From positions 5,424,600 through 5,488,599 of the forward strand of contig NC_134036.1 of NCBI RefSeq assembly GCF_964204645.1: a stretch of 64,000 bases of DNA, given 5' to 3'. The notes under the pieces are model-generated. The model did not search any database. It had not been told where the DNA came from and saw nothing but the letters and a program-made list of their open reading frames with translations. The position numbers and the translations under genes were made by a program. The stretch is from Tubulanus polymorphus. Its lineage: Eukaryota; Animalia; Nemertea. Every line of letters begins with the position of its first letter. Within the stretch, counting starts at the first letter, position 1. Below, piece by piece: positions 24,699 to 37,190 of the stretch.

Positions 24699-26979
24699 GT
24701 AAGCTTTTGAATATTAGTTGTACTTATGGACGTATAGAAAGTTTTTTCCGTAATGTAGATTGAAGTAGGAATTTCTATACATTTTTTGCTCGATATTGCG
24801 TAAGATTCGAACCCGCCATAGGTTTTCAAAAGGTTGAAAGCGAAATCTTGTTATCGAGAATACGGACGAAAAAATCGAAACCCTCTCTCTCAAGAGTTAT
24901 CAAGCGAAATCTATTTATCGAGAATTATAAGGATGAAAAAGCTCTATCTCTCTCTAGATTGTCAGTTGTTGAAGAGGCGAGAGGGAGCCCAAAACGTCGC
25001 GGTTTCTTTTGATTTCTGGTTTTAAATTCTTGAAAAATTATTAATTTCCTTGTCTGTAAATTCGTATGTACCGAGTTCGAATCTATCATAAAAAAAATGA
25101 AAATCCATCACAAAGACGACTGTCCATAAAAGTGTATTCTAAAAATTCTGTTACATTAGTGTTGGCCTACCACGAAGCGAGTTAGTGAGTTTAAGGTATT
25201 TCATGACGCTATTCCGCGCAGTGAAGAGTGCCCATAAAAGTGCCTGCTACTTAATGTGTTACATTATTGGGCCTACACGGAGAGACTTAGTTAGTTTGTT
25301 TGAGTTATTTCTGTTTTAGAAACATCGTTCCTCCCTACCTCTTAAGTCCGTTGGCAAATTTAAGTTTTTAGGCAAATTTCTTCGGCGAATCGCTCGCAGT
25401 GTGTGTATTTCGCCTGCGTTTGAATACGGGAGATCGAGGTTGACACGTTTAGGCGAATCTGGCGCGATGACCGATTCGCCCGCATTAAACGATTAAAATT
25501 CGTTGATAATTCAAATGTAGCATGTTTCGGTTCGCTCTAATCGAAGCGGCGACTGCAAAATTTGCATCTCCCTTGGCAAACTATATGCGACAAAATTCGA
25601 CGGAGAAAGCTTCGGCCAGGTTTTGCAACGCATCTGTTTCATATTTGTCGAATTCCATCGACCTAAACAATGAGTTATATGTCTTCTCAGAGTTGTTTGG
25701 AGTCATTTCCAAATTGAATTGTCCGAGTTAAATTTCAAGCCTAATATTTCATTTCGATTGAGGCCAGTATCAGCGTTCGCAAAATCAAAAAAAAAAAAAC
25801 GAAAAAAAATATATCCAATCAATTAGAAGTTTATGGAGTCGTTTTTAATCTCAAATTTTAGCGGCTTACGCATCTGCCGATGTGGCCTTTGATTGTGGCT
25901 TCAATCTTGTTAGTTCTTCTCACACGCTGCTCCTTTTTCGAGATAAGGCTTTTCTTAATTTTAGTTTTTTTTTCTCTACCCCACGAATACGCTTAAACGA
26001 TGAAGAAGCCTTCAGTAGCATTACAAAAAACCACGATCAATCGCCGTATAACCCTGGCTTCGTCGGATTAATAGTAAAAACGACGAAGCGATGTCCCATA
26101 TTCGGGCCATTATCTTCCCCGCCTTTGATACTAATCCGTCTAAGAAAAAATAGTTTTTTTCGTCCAAAATTCTAAATCTCCCCGAGGTCATACCGCGCGG
26201 AAGCTTCACCCCGTTTTGACAAGATATCCATCTCGAATGCGGGCTAAATAATAAATTTTTTCCCGCAGAAATGTCGTCGAAATATTTAAAAAAAAGTAAT
26301 CTACTCGAATCTACTCGTCGCAGAATTAACATTTCTTTTCGAAAATCCTTTTTTCGTAGGAATTACGTCGAAAATTAAAAAAAAATACATATTGAACCTG
26401 CGCCGGATGAGAATTCGAAGAAAATGGCAAAAAAAACGTCAATTTCGAATCTACGTAAACTAACAGGTTTTTTTCGTTAAAATCTGGTCGAAAATGCGCA
26501 GAATCTTTCTTGAAATATTGATAAGCAGAACGTGAACATTCAAAAGCGAAATATGAAAAAACCAGAATACCTAACAATCGATTTTTGCGTGCTATATCCC
26601 CCACCCCCCATTCCGAGTAAAATGTCTAATGACACAAAAACCGGAGACATCATTTTCACTGAAACATTCCAATTCGTCGTTTTTTCTCGGCTGTTCGCGG
26701 GACGGTCGAAACCCATCGAAATTCGCACGAAAGCTTTCAACACCGCGCATTTCGTTTTCCTTGTTGTTTCGCATTACGCGCGAATTCGATTGAAATTTCG
26801 CAGTTCGCGTCGCGGCCTTCGACGACGAATTACGCGCTAACAATTTCGAAGGATAATTATTCGCCAGTAGAAAAGAAGGCCGGCGTCTTCTGCGTACAAT
26901 TACGTTGGCGGGGAAAGCGTGTAAATGGCGAATACTTTGGAGGGTGGGATTGGTTCTTCTGAACTGTATCGCGATACAG

Positions 26980-27141
26980 CAGTGGAACCTCGTTACAACG
27001 AATTTCACGGGACCAGAAAATACGGTCGTTATAACCGATAGTTCACCGTTATACCCGGTATTTAATTCATCAAATTGTCTCGATTATTTTTTTAAATCCG
27101 ACGAACCGTTTTATCGAGTCTGTATTAACGAGGTTCCACTG
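26980..27141. mobile_element. Tc1/mariner (pogo/Tigger-type) MITE, ~160 bp
   Basis: TIR cagtggaacctcgtta / taacgaggttccactg followed by TA. Confidence 0.8.
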
Positions 27142-27821
27142 TAGTGATCTGTAAATGAATTATTCATAGTTATGACCGCTGTCCTCGTCACGATCCGGAG
27201 AAGCTACAGTGAAATTGTCGAACTGAAAAAAAAAATTATATTCCCATGCCTGTCCTCTTTCTAATACGAGTTAATATCTTCCGATGAGCTTTTTTTTAAT
27301 CACACGATATGCCCTATTTCGGATTTCGAGGGTGCGACCATCCACGAAACAGGGCCTAAATCCGTTAACGATATCTATTGCCCATCGTAGCGTTATACCA
27401 ACTAGAAAACGCGATGATTTTACAAAACTTATACCCGATATTCGAGACGGCGGAATAAGAGTAAGGAAATAAATACAAAAAAAACTATCCGGTTCTATTT
27501 CTGATAGTTAAGGTTCGACGGCCCTGAAGAAAATTTCCGCGATTAATTATCTTAACGAATTAATAAGTCTCTCCGGATTGAGCGCGAGTCTTTATCGAAT
27601 TGGCTATAATTGGGCTTTAAAGTCAAAACCATCCAATTCATAAGCTCAAGGATATATGTCGCTAGTACTTAGCTAATTTACTGTGGGATCTTATGTCATG
27701 CAATTATCAGGATGGCCACTTTTATCTGACTTGCTTTTCCCATTTCCCTCCAATTTTTAGGATTACAAAATTCCCCGACTTTTTAAAGAAGTGATATTTC
27801 CCAGACGTTTTCCGAATTTCA

Positions 27822-28003
27822 AGGGGTCAGTTGCATAATCACGGCTCAGACTTAAGACCAGTCTAAGACCAACTTCGTTCTGTAGCCAATCTATCAACGT
27901 AAGACCAGTCTTAACTTTCTTTGTTCTAAACCCGATCTAACAACCTAAAACCAGTCTTAAAGACAACTTTATGACTTAGGTAATTACTGTGCAATCAGCC
28001 CCA
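27822..28003. mobile_element. MITE with GGGG(T/C)CAGTTGCA-type TIRs (Harbinger-like, CWG context); relatives at 42832-43083 and ~42510
   Basis: ggggtcagttgcata ... tgtgcaatcagcccc-ag; internal taagaccagtct repeats shared with 42860-42940. Confidence 0.6.
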
Positions 28004-29151
28004 GGTGGTAATTGGCCACCCTTGTGATCGTCGTTCTATGTGTTTAACGCTTATCCAAATTCATTTTCAAGGTCTTTCCCTACGACGGCCGAGAACGGAT
28101 TCCGAAAAAAAAATCGACACGTTCCACGGGAGTACCCGACAAGCGAAGAGCCCAGACGGTCGGAGGGGATTTTCATCGCGGCGCAATCACGCGGAAAATT
28201 AACTCATAACGCGCGCCGTCGGTTAACACCGGTACCTCTAAGCGGCCAAATTAAAAACATTTTTAAAAGCAACAAAAAAAAAAGATCGAAGAAACATCAG
28301 CGCTCCGATTGTTAACTTTGACATTTTACGTAAAGTAAGAGCTTTCGGCGGTGACCGTAATCGTAGGTAGGCGGCAGCGACGGCGTTCGGCGAAATTCGA
28401 ATTTCAAATTTCGAAATAACGGTTTTATCGGCATCGATCGATATCGAATCGTCTGCCAGGTTAAACACGACGGCGCGTCATCTGTATATTCCAAGGGCAT
28501 CTCGTAGCTCCTGGGGAATAAATCAGAGAGAAAATAACAGGAAAAAAAACGAATTTATCGTCGCTTTACAAGCCGACTATCAACGGTTTTCCTACTCTAG
28601 AAAAAAACCGACGCCGTATCGAGTTAAGCGCGCATCGTAAAACGAAAACTGCTTGCATCTCTCCGCCGCGAAACGACGACGCCGAAACGCGAAACTCTTC
28701 ACTAACGACGACTGAAAGAACAGAGAGAACAGAACTATCCCTGACGGAAGGATTCAACCGTTTTTTGTCTTTCTGGGCGTTTCAGGTTACAATCGAGTTC
28801 TCCTCGACGAAGCGCGGCAACAATAGCCAAGAATACTATAGCCGAAGCTACGAAAGCGTGGGCTATATTTACATAATCGAAAAGTTACTTTACGTAAAAT
28901 TCCCGTTGATAAAAAGTCTGCCTTTAAATCGCAGTAAGTCGCACTAGAAAATATCTCAATATACCAGATAACTTTATCGTCGATAGAAACCGAAATATCA
29001 AGTTTTCGGCGACAAAAATTTCTTCGTCGTTAGAAGTAAAATTGTTTTGAAACGGGATTTTAAACCAGCGCGCGCTATATCGGCTAGATCGCGACCAAAG
29101 TAACTCTATACACACACTTGAGGAACCTTCGTCTTCGATTCGAGTTTAAAG

Positions 29152-29242
29152 ATGAAGGCTATGAATTTCGTATGGACGACGTGTTTGGTGTTGCTGTCTC
29201 TGACGCTGTTCTGCCAGGCGGCGGGTTTCACGCTGTCCAGGG
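29152..29242 (+). CDS. Candidate first coding exon encoding a signal peptide (MKAMNFVWTTCLVLLSLTLFCQAAG/FTLSR), ending phase 1; exon probably starts at 28786
   Basis: aagATG context, classic h-region and A-A-G cleavage motif, donor G|gtaggt at 29243. The upstream 28786-29151 (~365 nt after a ttttttgtctttc..ttcag acceptor) contains no ATG. Confidence 0.7.
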
Positions 29243-29426
29243 GTAGGTGTACATATTTCCAATACGGATTATAATAAGCTATATGTTGTTTCTTCCTCTG
29301 TGTATATATGAATTCACATAATGTTGTTGTTCGAAGAAGTTAGGACCGTTTCAGTTACATGCGGCAACAAACATGTGGATTTCCAAACTATATCGTGGCA
29401 TGGTTTTAAACCCATCATTAGAAATT

Positions 29427-29973
29427 ATCATTAGACAACCTTTCAGTAACTGACCCCTGTACCGTGGTATTTAAACACTGGTTTACATTAAACAACCTTT
29501 CAGTAACTGACCCCTGTACCGTGGTATTTAAACACTGGTTTACATTAAACAACCTTTCAGTAACTGACCCCTGTACCGTGGTATTTAAACACTGGTTTAC
29601 AATAAAACAATCTTCCAGTAACTGACCCCTGTACCGTAGTATTTAAACACTGGTTTACAATAAAACAATCTTCCAGTAACTGACCCCTGTACCGTAGTAT
29701 TTAAACACTGGTTTACAATAAAACAATCTTCCAGTAACTGACCCCTGTACCGCGGTATTTAAACACTGGTTTACATTAAACAACCTATCAGTAACAGACC
29801 ACTGTACTGCGGTATTCAAATACTGGCTTAGTACAGTACACAACCTTTCAGTAACTGACCCCTGTACCGCGGTATTTAAACACTGGTTTACATTTAACAA
29901 CCTTTCAATAACTGACCCCTGTACTGCGGTATTATGACACTGGTTTACATTAGACAACCTTTCAGTAACTGAC
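29427..29973. repeat. 57 bp minisatellite array (family A), ~9 units
   Basis: Same unit as 10800-11470, with a locally spread 58 bp variant (aataaaacaatcttcc). Confidence 0.96.
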
Positions 29974-31074
29974 CATGATACGAAAAAATCTATTCACTTT
30001 TCGCTAAAAACCAGTAGCCGAAGTCCCGTCCGATGATTTAACCGGGTGAATTGAAGCGCTTACGTGGCAACAATGGAAATCAGCTCAGCTCAGTCTACGG
30101 CCAATAGGTCATTCATTCGATTGACGATAACACCTGATGAGACAATGCAGGGTGTGACCGCGCAAACGCGTGGATTTCTTATGACTTCGACTATAGAATT
30201 TCGTTGAACGCAATAATCGTAATTCGATTCACTGTAATTGAGTTCGCGTGTCACTGTTTTTACAGTTAACGATTGTTCTAACATTGTATACGTAATATCA
30301 TACAATGTATGATTACTCTAGATACTTTTCTTAAAGTTCGTAAGTCGAAAGTTCAAGTGAACGTAAAGGCTGGCTTATGGCGACAAGCAACGCGACGCCT
30401 ACCGACGCAACCGGGTTTATCGCCGATTAGCGGCAACTAGCGGTCTACGAGAGGCCGCCAGTTGCTGCTCTATCGGTCCGACATAAGCCGGCTCGCGACG
30501 GCAACCGACGGCTACCGACTCGTCGCAAGCCGTATCCGGCGAGTTGCCCATGCTTGATACTTGTGTCGCGATTTTTATTATAAAAGATCGCATCGGCTTA
30601 AAATCAAAGGCACTTAATAGACGTATCATTCAGTCCGTAAGCACGGTTTCGAACTCGATGGCATCGAAACTCCGCGCAGCGGGGCTAATTAGGCAGGGTT
30701 TGCCGTGAACGGATGCCTAGTTCGTCTCGCGATGTCATCGGTTCGAATTCCAGCCCTCGGCTAATGTCTAATTCGAGACTAATAAGAGATGAATTTGTGT
30801 AGCTTTCTAGGGGCTCTGTCATGTGAGGAGTTAAATTGCCGTCAGTGGCAATTTCACGGACTTTAGGCGAAATAGTTATCGGGCCAATAGACTAGGAGAA
30901 ATGTCCCGAAATCTTGACCAAACTCTCCGCACGTTTTAAAACGATCACAAGAGAAAGATGCCACGCACACCATCAGAAAGACAGACCTGTCCGAAAGTTT
31001 TTCGTGAGCTTTAAAAGCATTATATTTCAAAGTTTCGACCAGGCATACCCGGGAATACTGAGTTCTTCTATAGT

Positions 31075-31410
31075 ATTCCGAAGACGACCCACGAAGGTAT
31101 CAATGAAACGTCGAAAAAAACTATATCTCGAGGAAAATCGTTTTTCTTTGTCTTTATTTGTTGGCTTGGATTTCCGAAGTCGACTGGCATTTGAAACTTG
31201 AAAAAAAAACTATTTCTCGAGGAAAAAGTTTTTCTTGGTCTGTATTTGTTGGCTTGGATTTCCGAAGACGACTAGCATTAGAAACTTGAAAAAAAACTAT
31301 ATCTCGAGGAAAACGTTTTTCTTTGTCTGTATTTGTTGGCTTCGATTTCCAAAGACGACTAGCAGGATATAGTTAAAACTTGAAAAAAACTATACCTCAG
31401 AGATACCGTT
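31075..31410. repeat. ~88 bp tandem repeat, ~3.5 units
   Basis: aaaaaactatatctcgaggaaaa..tttttctttgtctgtatttgttggcttggatttccgaagacgactagcat repeated. Confidence 0.9.
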
Positions 31411-31904
31411 TTTTGAGATTGAAATTGAAATCTATTTTCATCAAAATGTTGCATTATTGGACGACATTACGAATAAAAGTCAAAGAATAGAAATGTAACA
31501 GGACAATGGGGTTATACGAATAATATGGCTTTTTCTTTCCCGATATGTCGGGTCTATCGTATTGCACCCGGAAAAAATGTCCCGATACCGGGGATAGATG
31601 ACGAATTTGAGCGCGCGGTTTGATGACACGGTGTATCGCCGGGGCTTCGACGGGATAATCCCTTCTTTCCCGGCGCTGTCTCCCGCGTCCACCTTCGATG
31701 AAGCGATTCGTGATTACAGAATTTTTGTCGCGCGCCCGCGCTCGTCTCAAAATCTGTTTTCATTTCGAACGTCACCGTCGTCATCGGCTTCGACGAAAAA
31801 TGCCGGCGTCGTCGAGGCGGATGTTCGCTCCGGGAAAAACTGTGACATATATCTCGACAATAATAATCAAGCGCTCTTCCGACCGGGGAAGTGTTTGCCG
31901 ATTA

Positions 31905-32390
31905 GACTTTATGATTAGTAACTACACGACGACGACCTATCTCGCTGTCGTTGATTTCAACGATTCAGTAGAATTACGATTAGTTTCTAATGACGACCTG
32001 CGCATTCTTAAAAAAACTTTAAATGATTCAGTGAAATTATTATGATTTACTAATGGCGACCTTATCATTCTCGAAAACTTTAATGATTCAGTAAAATTAT
32101 GATTAGTTACTAATGACGACCTTCACATTCTCAATGACTTCAAAAATTCAGTAAAATTATGATTAGTTACTGATGACGACGTTCTCATTCTCAATAACTT
32201 CAACGATTCAGTAAAATTATGATTAGTTACTAATTACGACCTTCTCATTCTCAATAACTTCGACGATTCATTAAAATTATGATCAGTTACTGATGACGAT
32301 CTTCTCATTCTCGACGACTTCAACGATTCAAGAAAATTATGACTGGTTACTAATCATCGATGACTTCAAAAAATTCAGTCAAATTTTCAT
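31905..32390. repeat. 60 bp minisatellite array (family B)
   Basis: Unit gattagttactaatgacgaccttctcattctcaataacttcaacgattcagtaaaattat. Confidence 0.95.
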
Positions 32391-33099
32391 TTCGTCATAT
32401 CCTGGATGTTCATAAAGAACCGCGAGAGAACAAAAAAACCCACAGAGTTCCACAGAGAATCATATCATTCAAGGGGACCTACACAATCCAAGAAACCCGT
32501 GGTTCTTAATCGAATAATTCCGGAAAAAAAGAAGAAACCCAGGAATTTTCAAAGAACCCAATATTCCGATGTTCCAAACGTGATCTCGAAGGACCAAGAA
32601 CCAGGAGGGTCTTCACAGAGCCATCCGACAACCCTTTATTCAAAGAATGGTGGAAACTGGCCGCCCTGTGTTTAGTTAAGTACGGTTGATATCGAAAACG
32701 ATGTACGGAAGACATATACACCCGTTTATACAGACGCGCAGCGTGGTATCAGTTACTAGTGACAACCTGTCTTTCGTTTCGATGAGTCGATTGAATATTA
32801 GCTATCATCATCAACACTGCATCATCATCGTCATAACGGCTCTCAATCAAACGGCTTTTTTATCGCGCGGTTAGGTTAATCGCCGTTAAATCGCTTACAA
32901 ATTGAAATGGATCGCGCTACAGTGCGCTGAAACCAGCGCGCTGACGACCGACTGAGCGAGCGCAGGGTTAAGAGTGCTTCGACGCGGCATCTCTACCCGA
33001 ATAGTCGGCCGGTCGATGATATGAGAGTGTCTGGCAGTCGTCCGGTGAATACGGCGAGACTTTGACGGATACACCAAATATTCTTGAGTATGCCACCAA

Positions 33100-33430
33100 T
33101 AACCTGCATCTGTTCTACTCGCTGCTCTCCCGCATACAGCTGTGAGGAGAGGGGGTTCACCGAGAACCTATTGCGTCTGTTCTACTCACCGCTCTCCCGC
33201 TACAGCTGTGAGGAGAGGGGGTTCACCGAGAACCTATTGTATCTGTTCTACTCGCTGCTCTCCCGCTACAGCTGTGAGGAGAGGGGGTTCACCGAGAACC
33301 TATTGCGTCTGTTCTTCTCGCCGCTCTCCCGCTACAGCTGTGAGGAGAGGGGGTTCACCGAGAACCTATTGCGTCTGTTCTACTCGCCGCTCTCCCGCTA
33401 TAGCTGCCTGGAGACGGGTTTCACCCTCCA
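33100..33430. repeat. 66 bp minisatellite (family C), ~5 units
   Basis: Unit gaggagagggggttcaccgagaacctattgcgtctgttctactcgctgctctcccgctacagctgt. Confidence 0.96.
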
Positions 33431-33502
33431 ATGAACTGATGTAAATCTCAGTGTAGAGTTAACGAATAAAACCCAGTTACTTCTGTAAAAACAGTTTTAT
33501 TG

Positions 33503-33544
33503 CCTTACAGTTTCGAGGTTCAAACTAAACCTCATCATCAGAGG
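33503..33544 (-). ncRNA. Minimal type I hammerhead ribozyme motif (Penelope-like-element type)
   Basis: Minus strand: cct-CTGATGA-t-GAGGTTT(agttt)GAACCTC-GAAA-c-t-GTA-agg. Intact core, 7 bp stem II, stem I cct/agg, GUA cleavage triplet, AATAAA immediately 3'. Confidence 0.7.
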
Positions 33545-34149
33545 AACAAAAAATACAACCATTTTTGTTTATTTTTTTCTTACCCGATGATAAACTGTTT
33601 TCACAGAAGGTTATTCGTTTACGGGTATCACCCCTTTGCGACTATTCTATAGTTAGTCGATATATCTCTACGCGCGGGGCTTGAACAGTGTCCCAGCAGC
33701 GATGCTCCCAGCGGGCAACACGAAATTGTTGACGGCGCTTCCTTCGCAACTCGACAATCAACTTCATTTTGTCCCGTTTTTGTTCCGCATCGGGAATAAT
33801 TCAATACGTAAGCGCGTGGCGTTTTGCCCCGCTTCGGGGCGTAACGACGAGTATAAATCTATTATAGATTATTACAATTATAGCAATATTACAATTAATA
33901 TTCGGACCTCCGGGGACAACATCAAAAGCGGAGAGGAATCGCTAGAATTCAGTATTCATAAAATTAGATCGTTCGAATCGACGGATCAAACGTGCAGTTG
34001 CTTTGTTGCTGCGAGTGAAATTGTATATATTTTAATTCCAATCTCATTTTTATGAATTTTGAGACGAAGGCTGACTTGCTAACGTGCAAACTGGCTGACT
34101 GCTTCAACCAGAATGAACCCTGGATTGATGCGAAGATTACGTGAAAGAC

Positions 34150-34480
34150 GGACTGACGGACTGACTGACTTGCTGGCTAGCTAGCTGACTGACTGAATGA
34201 CTTACTGACTGACTGAATGACTGACAGAATGACTGACCGACTGAATGACTATGGACTGACTGGATGGCTTCCTGCATGCCTGACTGACTGACTGACTGAC
34301 TGACTGACTGACTGACTGACTGACTGACTGACTGACTGACTGACTGACCGACTGATTGACTATGGACTGATCGACTGTCTGGCTAACTGGCTAACTGACA
34401 GAATGACTGCCTGACTGACTGGCTAACTGGCTAACTGACAGAATGACTGCCCGACTGACTGATATTACAGCCTGACTGAT
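34150..34480. repeat. (GACT)n compound microsatellite
   Basis: Direct read; purest tract ~34282-34347. Confidence 0.97.
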
Positions 34481-34496
34481 CATGACCATGACCTAC

Positions 34497-35013
34497 GCGT
34501 CGACGATTGACGAGTTCGATCTGTCGGAAACTGCCCATAATGGAAGACCATAAACAAATAACGCAAACGAGCAAGGGACGCTAAAAAAGATCGGTAAGGC
34601 GATATAGCTCTGGCCGGTGAGACGTGAACCTAAGTCCACGGAGCGTAGAACGCTTGATCGGTTAACGGTCGGTATCGATCAGGCTTAAGTAGCGACGAAG
34701 AGCCGTGGGCGGCGTGCGCGGCGACGACCCGGCGGTGTCCGGTGTCGCGCGGACACGAAGTAATCGGAGCCGTGCGCGTGTCAGCTCGCTTGACCGTTGT
34801 CCGACCGATATCTTTTGCTCGAGTCGTCTTTACGACGGTCGGCGATATTTTTTTCCCTCCGGCGGATGATACCAACAGGTGCGCCGACGAGGAATCCGAT
34901 CCCTCACCGGCAGAAACGCGCTGACCCAGCCGCTCGTTACCCAGGTCGCGTCGGTAAGGTAGCCGTATCGGGTAACGCCTGTACGTAGACGATACGGTGG
35001 CCGGGTCAGTGAC
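34497..35013 (-). other. Candidate second exon of a minus-strand transcript: long 5'UTR plus short N-terminus (MGSFRQIELVNRRR from ATG 34538, phase 0)
   Basis: Acceptor cacttgcgtcttcag; ~460 nt without ATG on this strand; ATG 34538 in attATGG context (a weaker ATG at 34551); donor gtaggt at 34496. Confidence 0.45.
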
Positions 35014-35856
35014 CTGAAGACGCAAGTGCCAGACGTGTTATCAGCTTGATGGCGATGTAATAACCGGTTTATATCAATTCGCGATTGTATCTGATTTTCT
35101 TTTTTTTTTGCCCGATCATGAATTAGGTGAATGACTATAGTCTATCCTACCTGCTACTTTTTATCTTAAAATATGGATTGACCAATAATATGGTCGACTT
35201 TTATTTGATTTTATTCCTTTTTTAAGATAAGTGTCCCTTACAAACTCATCCAACCTGCCGGCAGCGAAACAGGGGTTTTGGTTTTGAAATCGAAAATCTG
35301 GTTAACGTTTCACGCGATGAACTACATCTTAGTTTTGATCATAAACGAATAACTGAATTCGGTTAAAACTTCTCGGATTTCAACACCTTTAGTTGATTCG
35401 ATGTACTGGAAAAAAAAACAAACTAAAAAGATAGCTAAATGTATCAAAATCGTGGGCGATACTTTTTCATTCCGACAAAAAAACGGTTGCGGAGCATAAA
35501 AACGCGATCGCTGCCTAGCGGCTATATTGAATTCGTGAATTTCTTTTTATTCCACCGCGAACTTAGTCACGCTACGGGTTTATACGCAATCCATAGTGTT
35601 TCAAAAAGGCGCAACAAATTCCGACGTTGTCGAAAAACATACACGATATTTTAGTGACTCAGTTCGCTCCATAGCGGCCCGGGGATATTTATCAAAAATC
35701 AAAGCAGTCAGGCACGCATTACGCATTGAACAATGGAATTATCGATTTCCGAAACCGACGACTAAATGCGCGTTTGAAGCGAATATCAGAAACGCCTAAA
35801 AACGAAGCGATCGGGTTAACCGACACACAATCGAAAGTTTGAAGTGTTTGATAGCG

Positions 35857-36260
35857 CTCTCCCTACTCTCCGCCTCTCTCTACCCTTACCTGCCTCAATC
35901 CTATGTCTCTTCCTCTCTCTATCTCCTCTCTATCTCATCACGCCCCTCTCTCTACCTACATCCCCTTACCTGTATTATCCCTGCACCTCTCTCCCCTCTC
36001 TCTCTCTCTTCTCTCTCGATCTCATCTCTACACTACTCGCCCTTATCTCCAATTCGCCGACAATCGCGCCCCCATTCTTCATACCCCTCAATAGCTCTCA
36101 ACCCTCAAGTCTCTCTCGCCTATTCTTGCCCAATGCCACTTTTTTTAACTTATCTTCGCCTCTTCTCAACATCGCCCCGTTCTTCTCTACTCTTCCTCAT
36201 CTCTACTTGCGCCCATGCCACTCCACTCTCCCTCAGCCGCTTTCTACCTATCTATGTTTT
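35857..36260. repeat. Polypyrimidine/polypurine low-complexity tract (similar tracts at 45965-46268 and 61020-61220)
   Basis: CT-rich or GA-rich degenerate repeats; explain the Ser/Leu/Pro-rich spurious ORFs. Confidence 0.9.
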
Positions 36261-36857
36261 TGATTCTCTGACACATGCATTTCCTAACGTCTGCCTCCTC
36301 GCGTTTATCTTAAAATTGGGATTGACCCTTTATCTTTTTAATTTATTTACATATTTCCAATCGTAATACAGCAACGTACAGTTCTCATTGAGCAGAAGAA
36401 AAAAAAAGATCCAATGCGCAAATCTGATGAAAAAGTACATGTTTAACAAATGAATATAAACGTATGATATGAAGTAGTCTGCACTCTTAGTGGATACAGA
36501 GGATTCTATTAGTGATTCACTGATTTCACTGTTCGAAATTTGTAGTTTTTTATTCTTAATTTTTCACTATATGATTCGTAGTTTTTTGTTTTGATTCGTT
36601 TTGATATGGCGTCCCTTACACAAACCCGCCACACCTGTCGCGAACGATACAGGGGGTTTGATTTCGAAATCGGAAATCGGAGTACAGATATAAAACTTAC
36701 TTAGTACCCTCTGTCTCCCTCTTAATACGGATATAGTTCGTACCCTCTCTCTCCCCCTCTTCATAATATGTCTCGATCCCCATATTCCTAAAACTCGTCC
36801 TAAATTTCGACTTCACTTCTCTTTGCCCTCTTCCCGCACTCTCACACTAGCTCTCAC

Positions 36858-37190
36858 CTCTCGACCGGCTCAAAATATCTAAACACCGCTCGTTAATTTC
36901 CACAAGCGACACTTCCCCTGCTGCGGGCGCGCGTCGAAAAGGACGCGTTCGAAAACGTATACCGAAGTATCGAAGTATTTCGTTTTGACAATCGCGGCAA
37001 TAACGATTATATTCAAATAGCCGATATCGACGAGGCGATTTCGCTAAATCGTCGGCTACGGCTTCGTCAACTCTCGGCGCGCGTATTCGGAGCTTCGGGC
37101 GACTCAAGACACGCACAAAGCTCAAAGCCGAACGACGAACCGCGCGCGCGCGAGACGCCGAGAGACGACTTCGCGCGCGGCTTATTATAG
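36858..37190 (-). promoter_or_regulatory. Candidate promoter and non-coding first exon on the minus strand
   Basis: TATA-like TATAATAA at ~37189-37182, CpG-rich ATG-free ~300 nt, donor GAG|gtgaga at 36857. Confidence 0.45.

Noticed and set aside
29221-29250. GFTLSR(G) as an AKH/GnRH/corazonin-like neuropeptide start
   Set aside because: No downstream exon supplying W..GKR was found in the window.
35839-36366. 175 aa Ser/Leu/Pro-rich ORF with a hydrophobic start
   Set aside because: Arises from a CT-rich tract that lacks stop codons in several frames.
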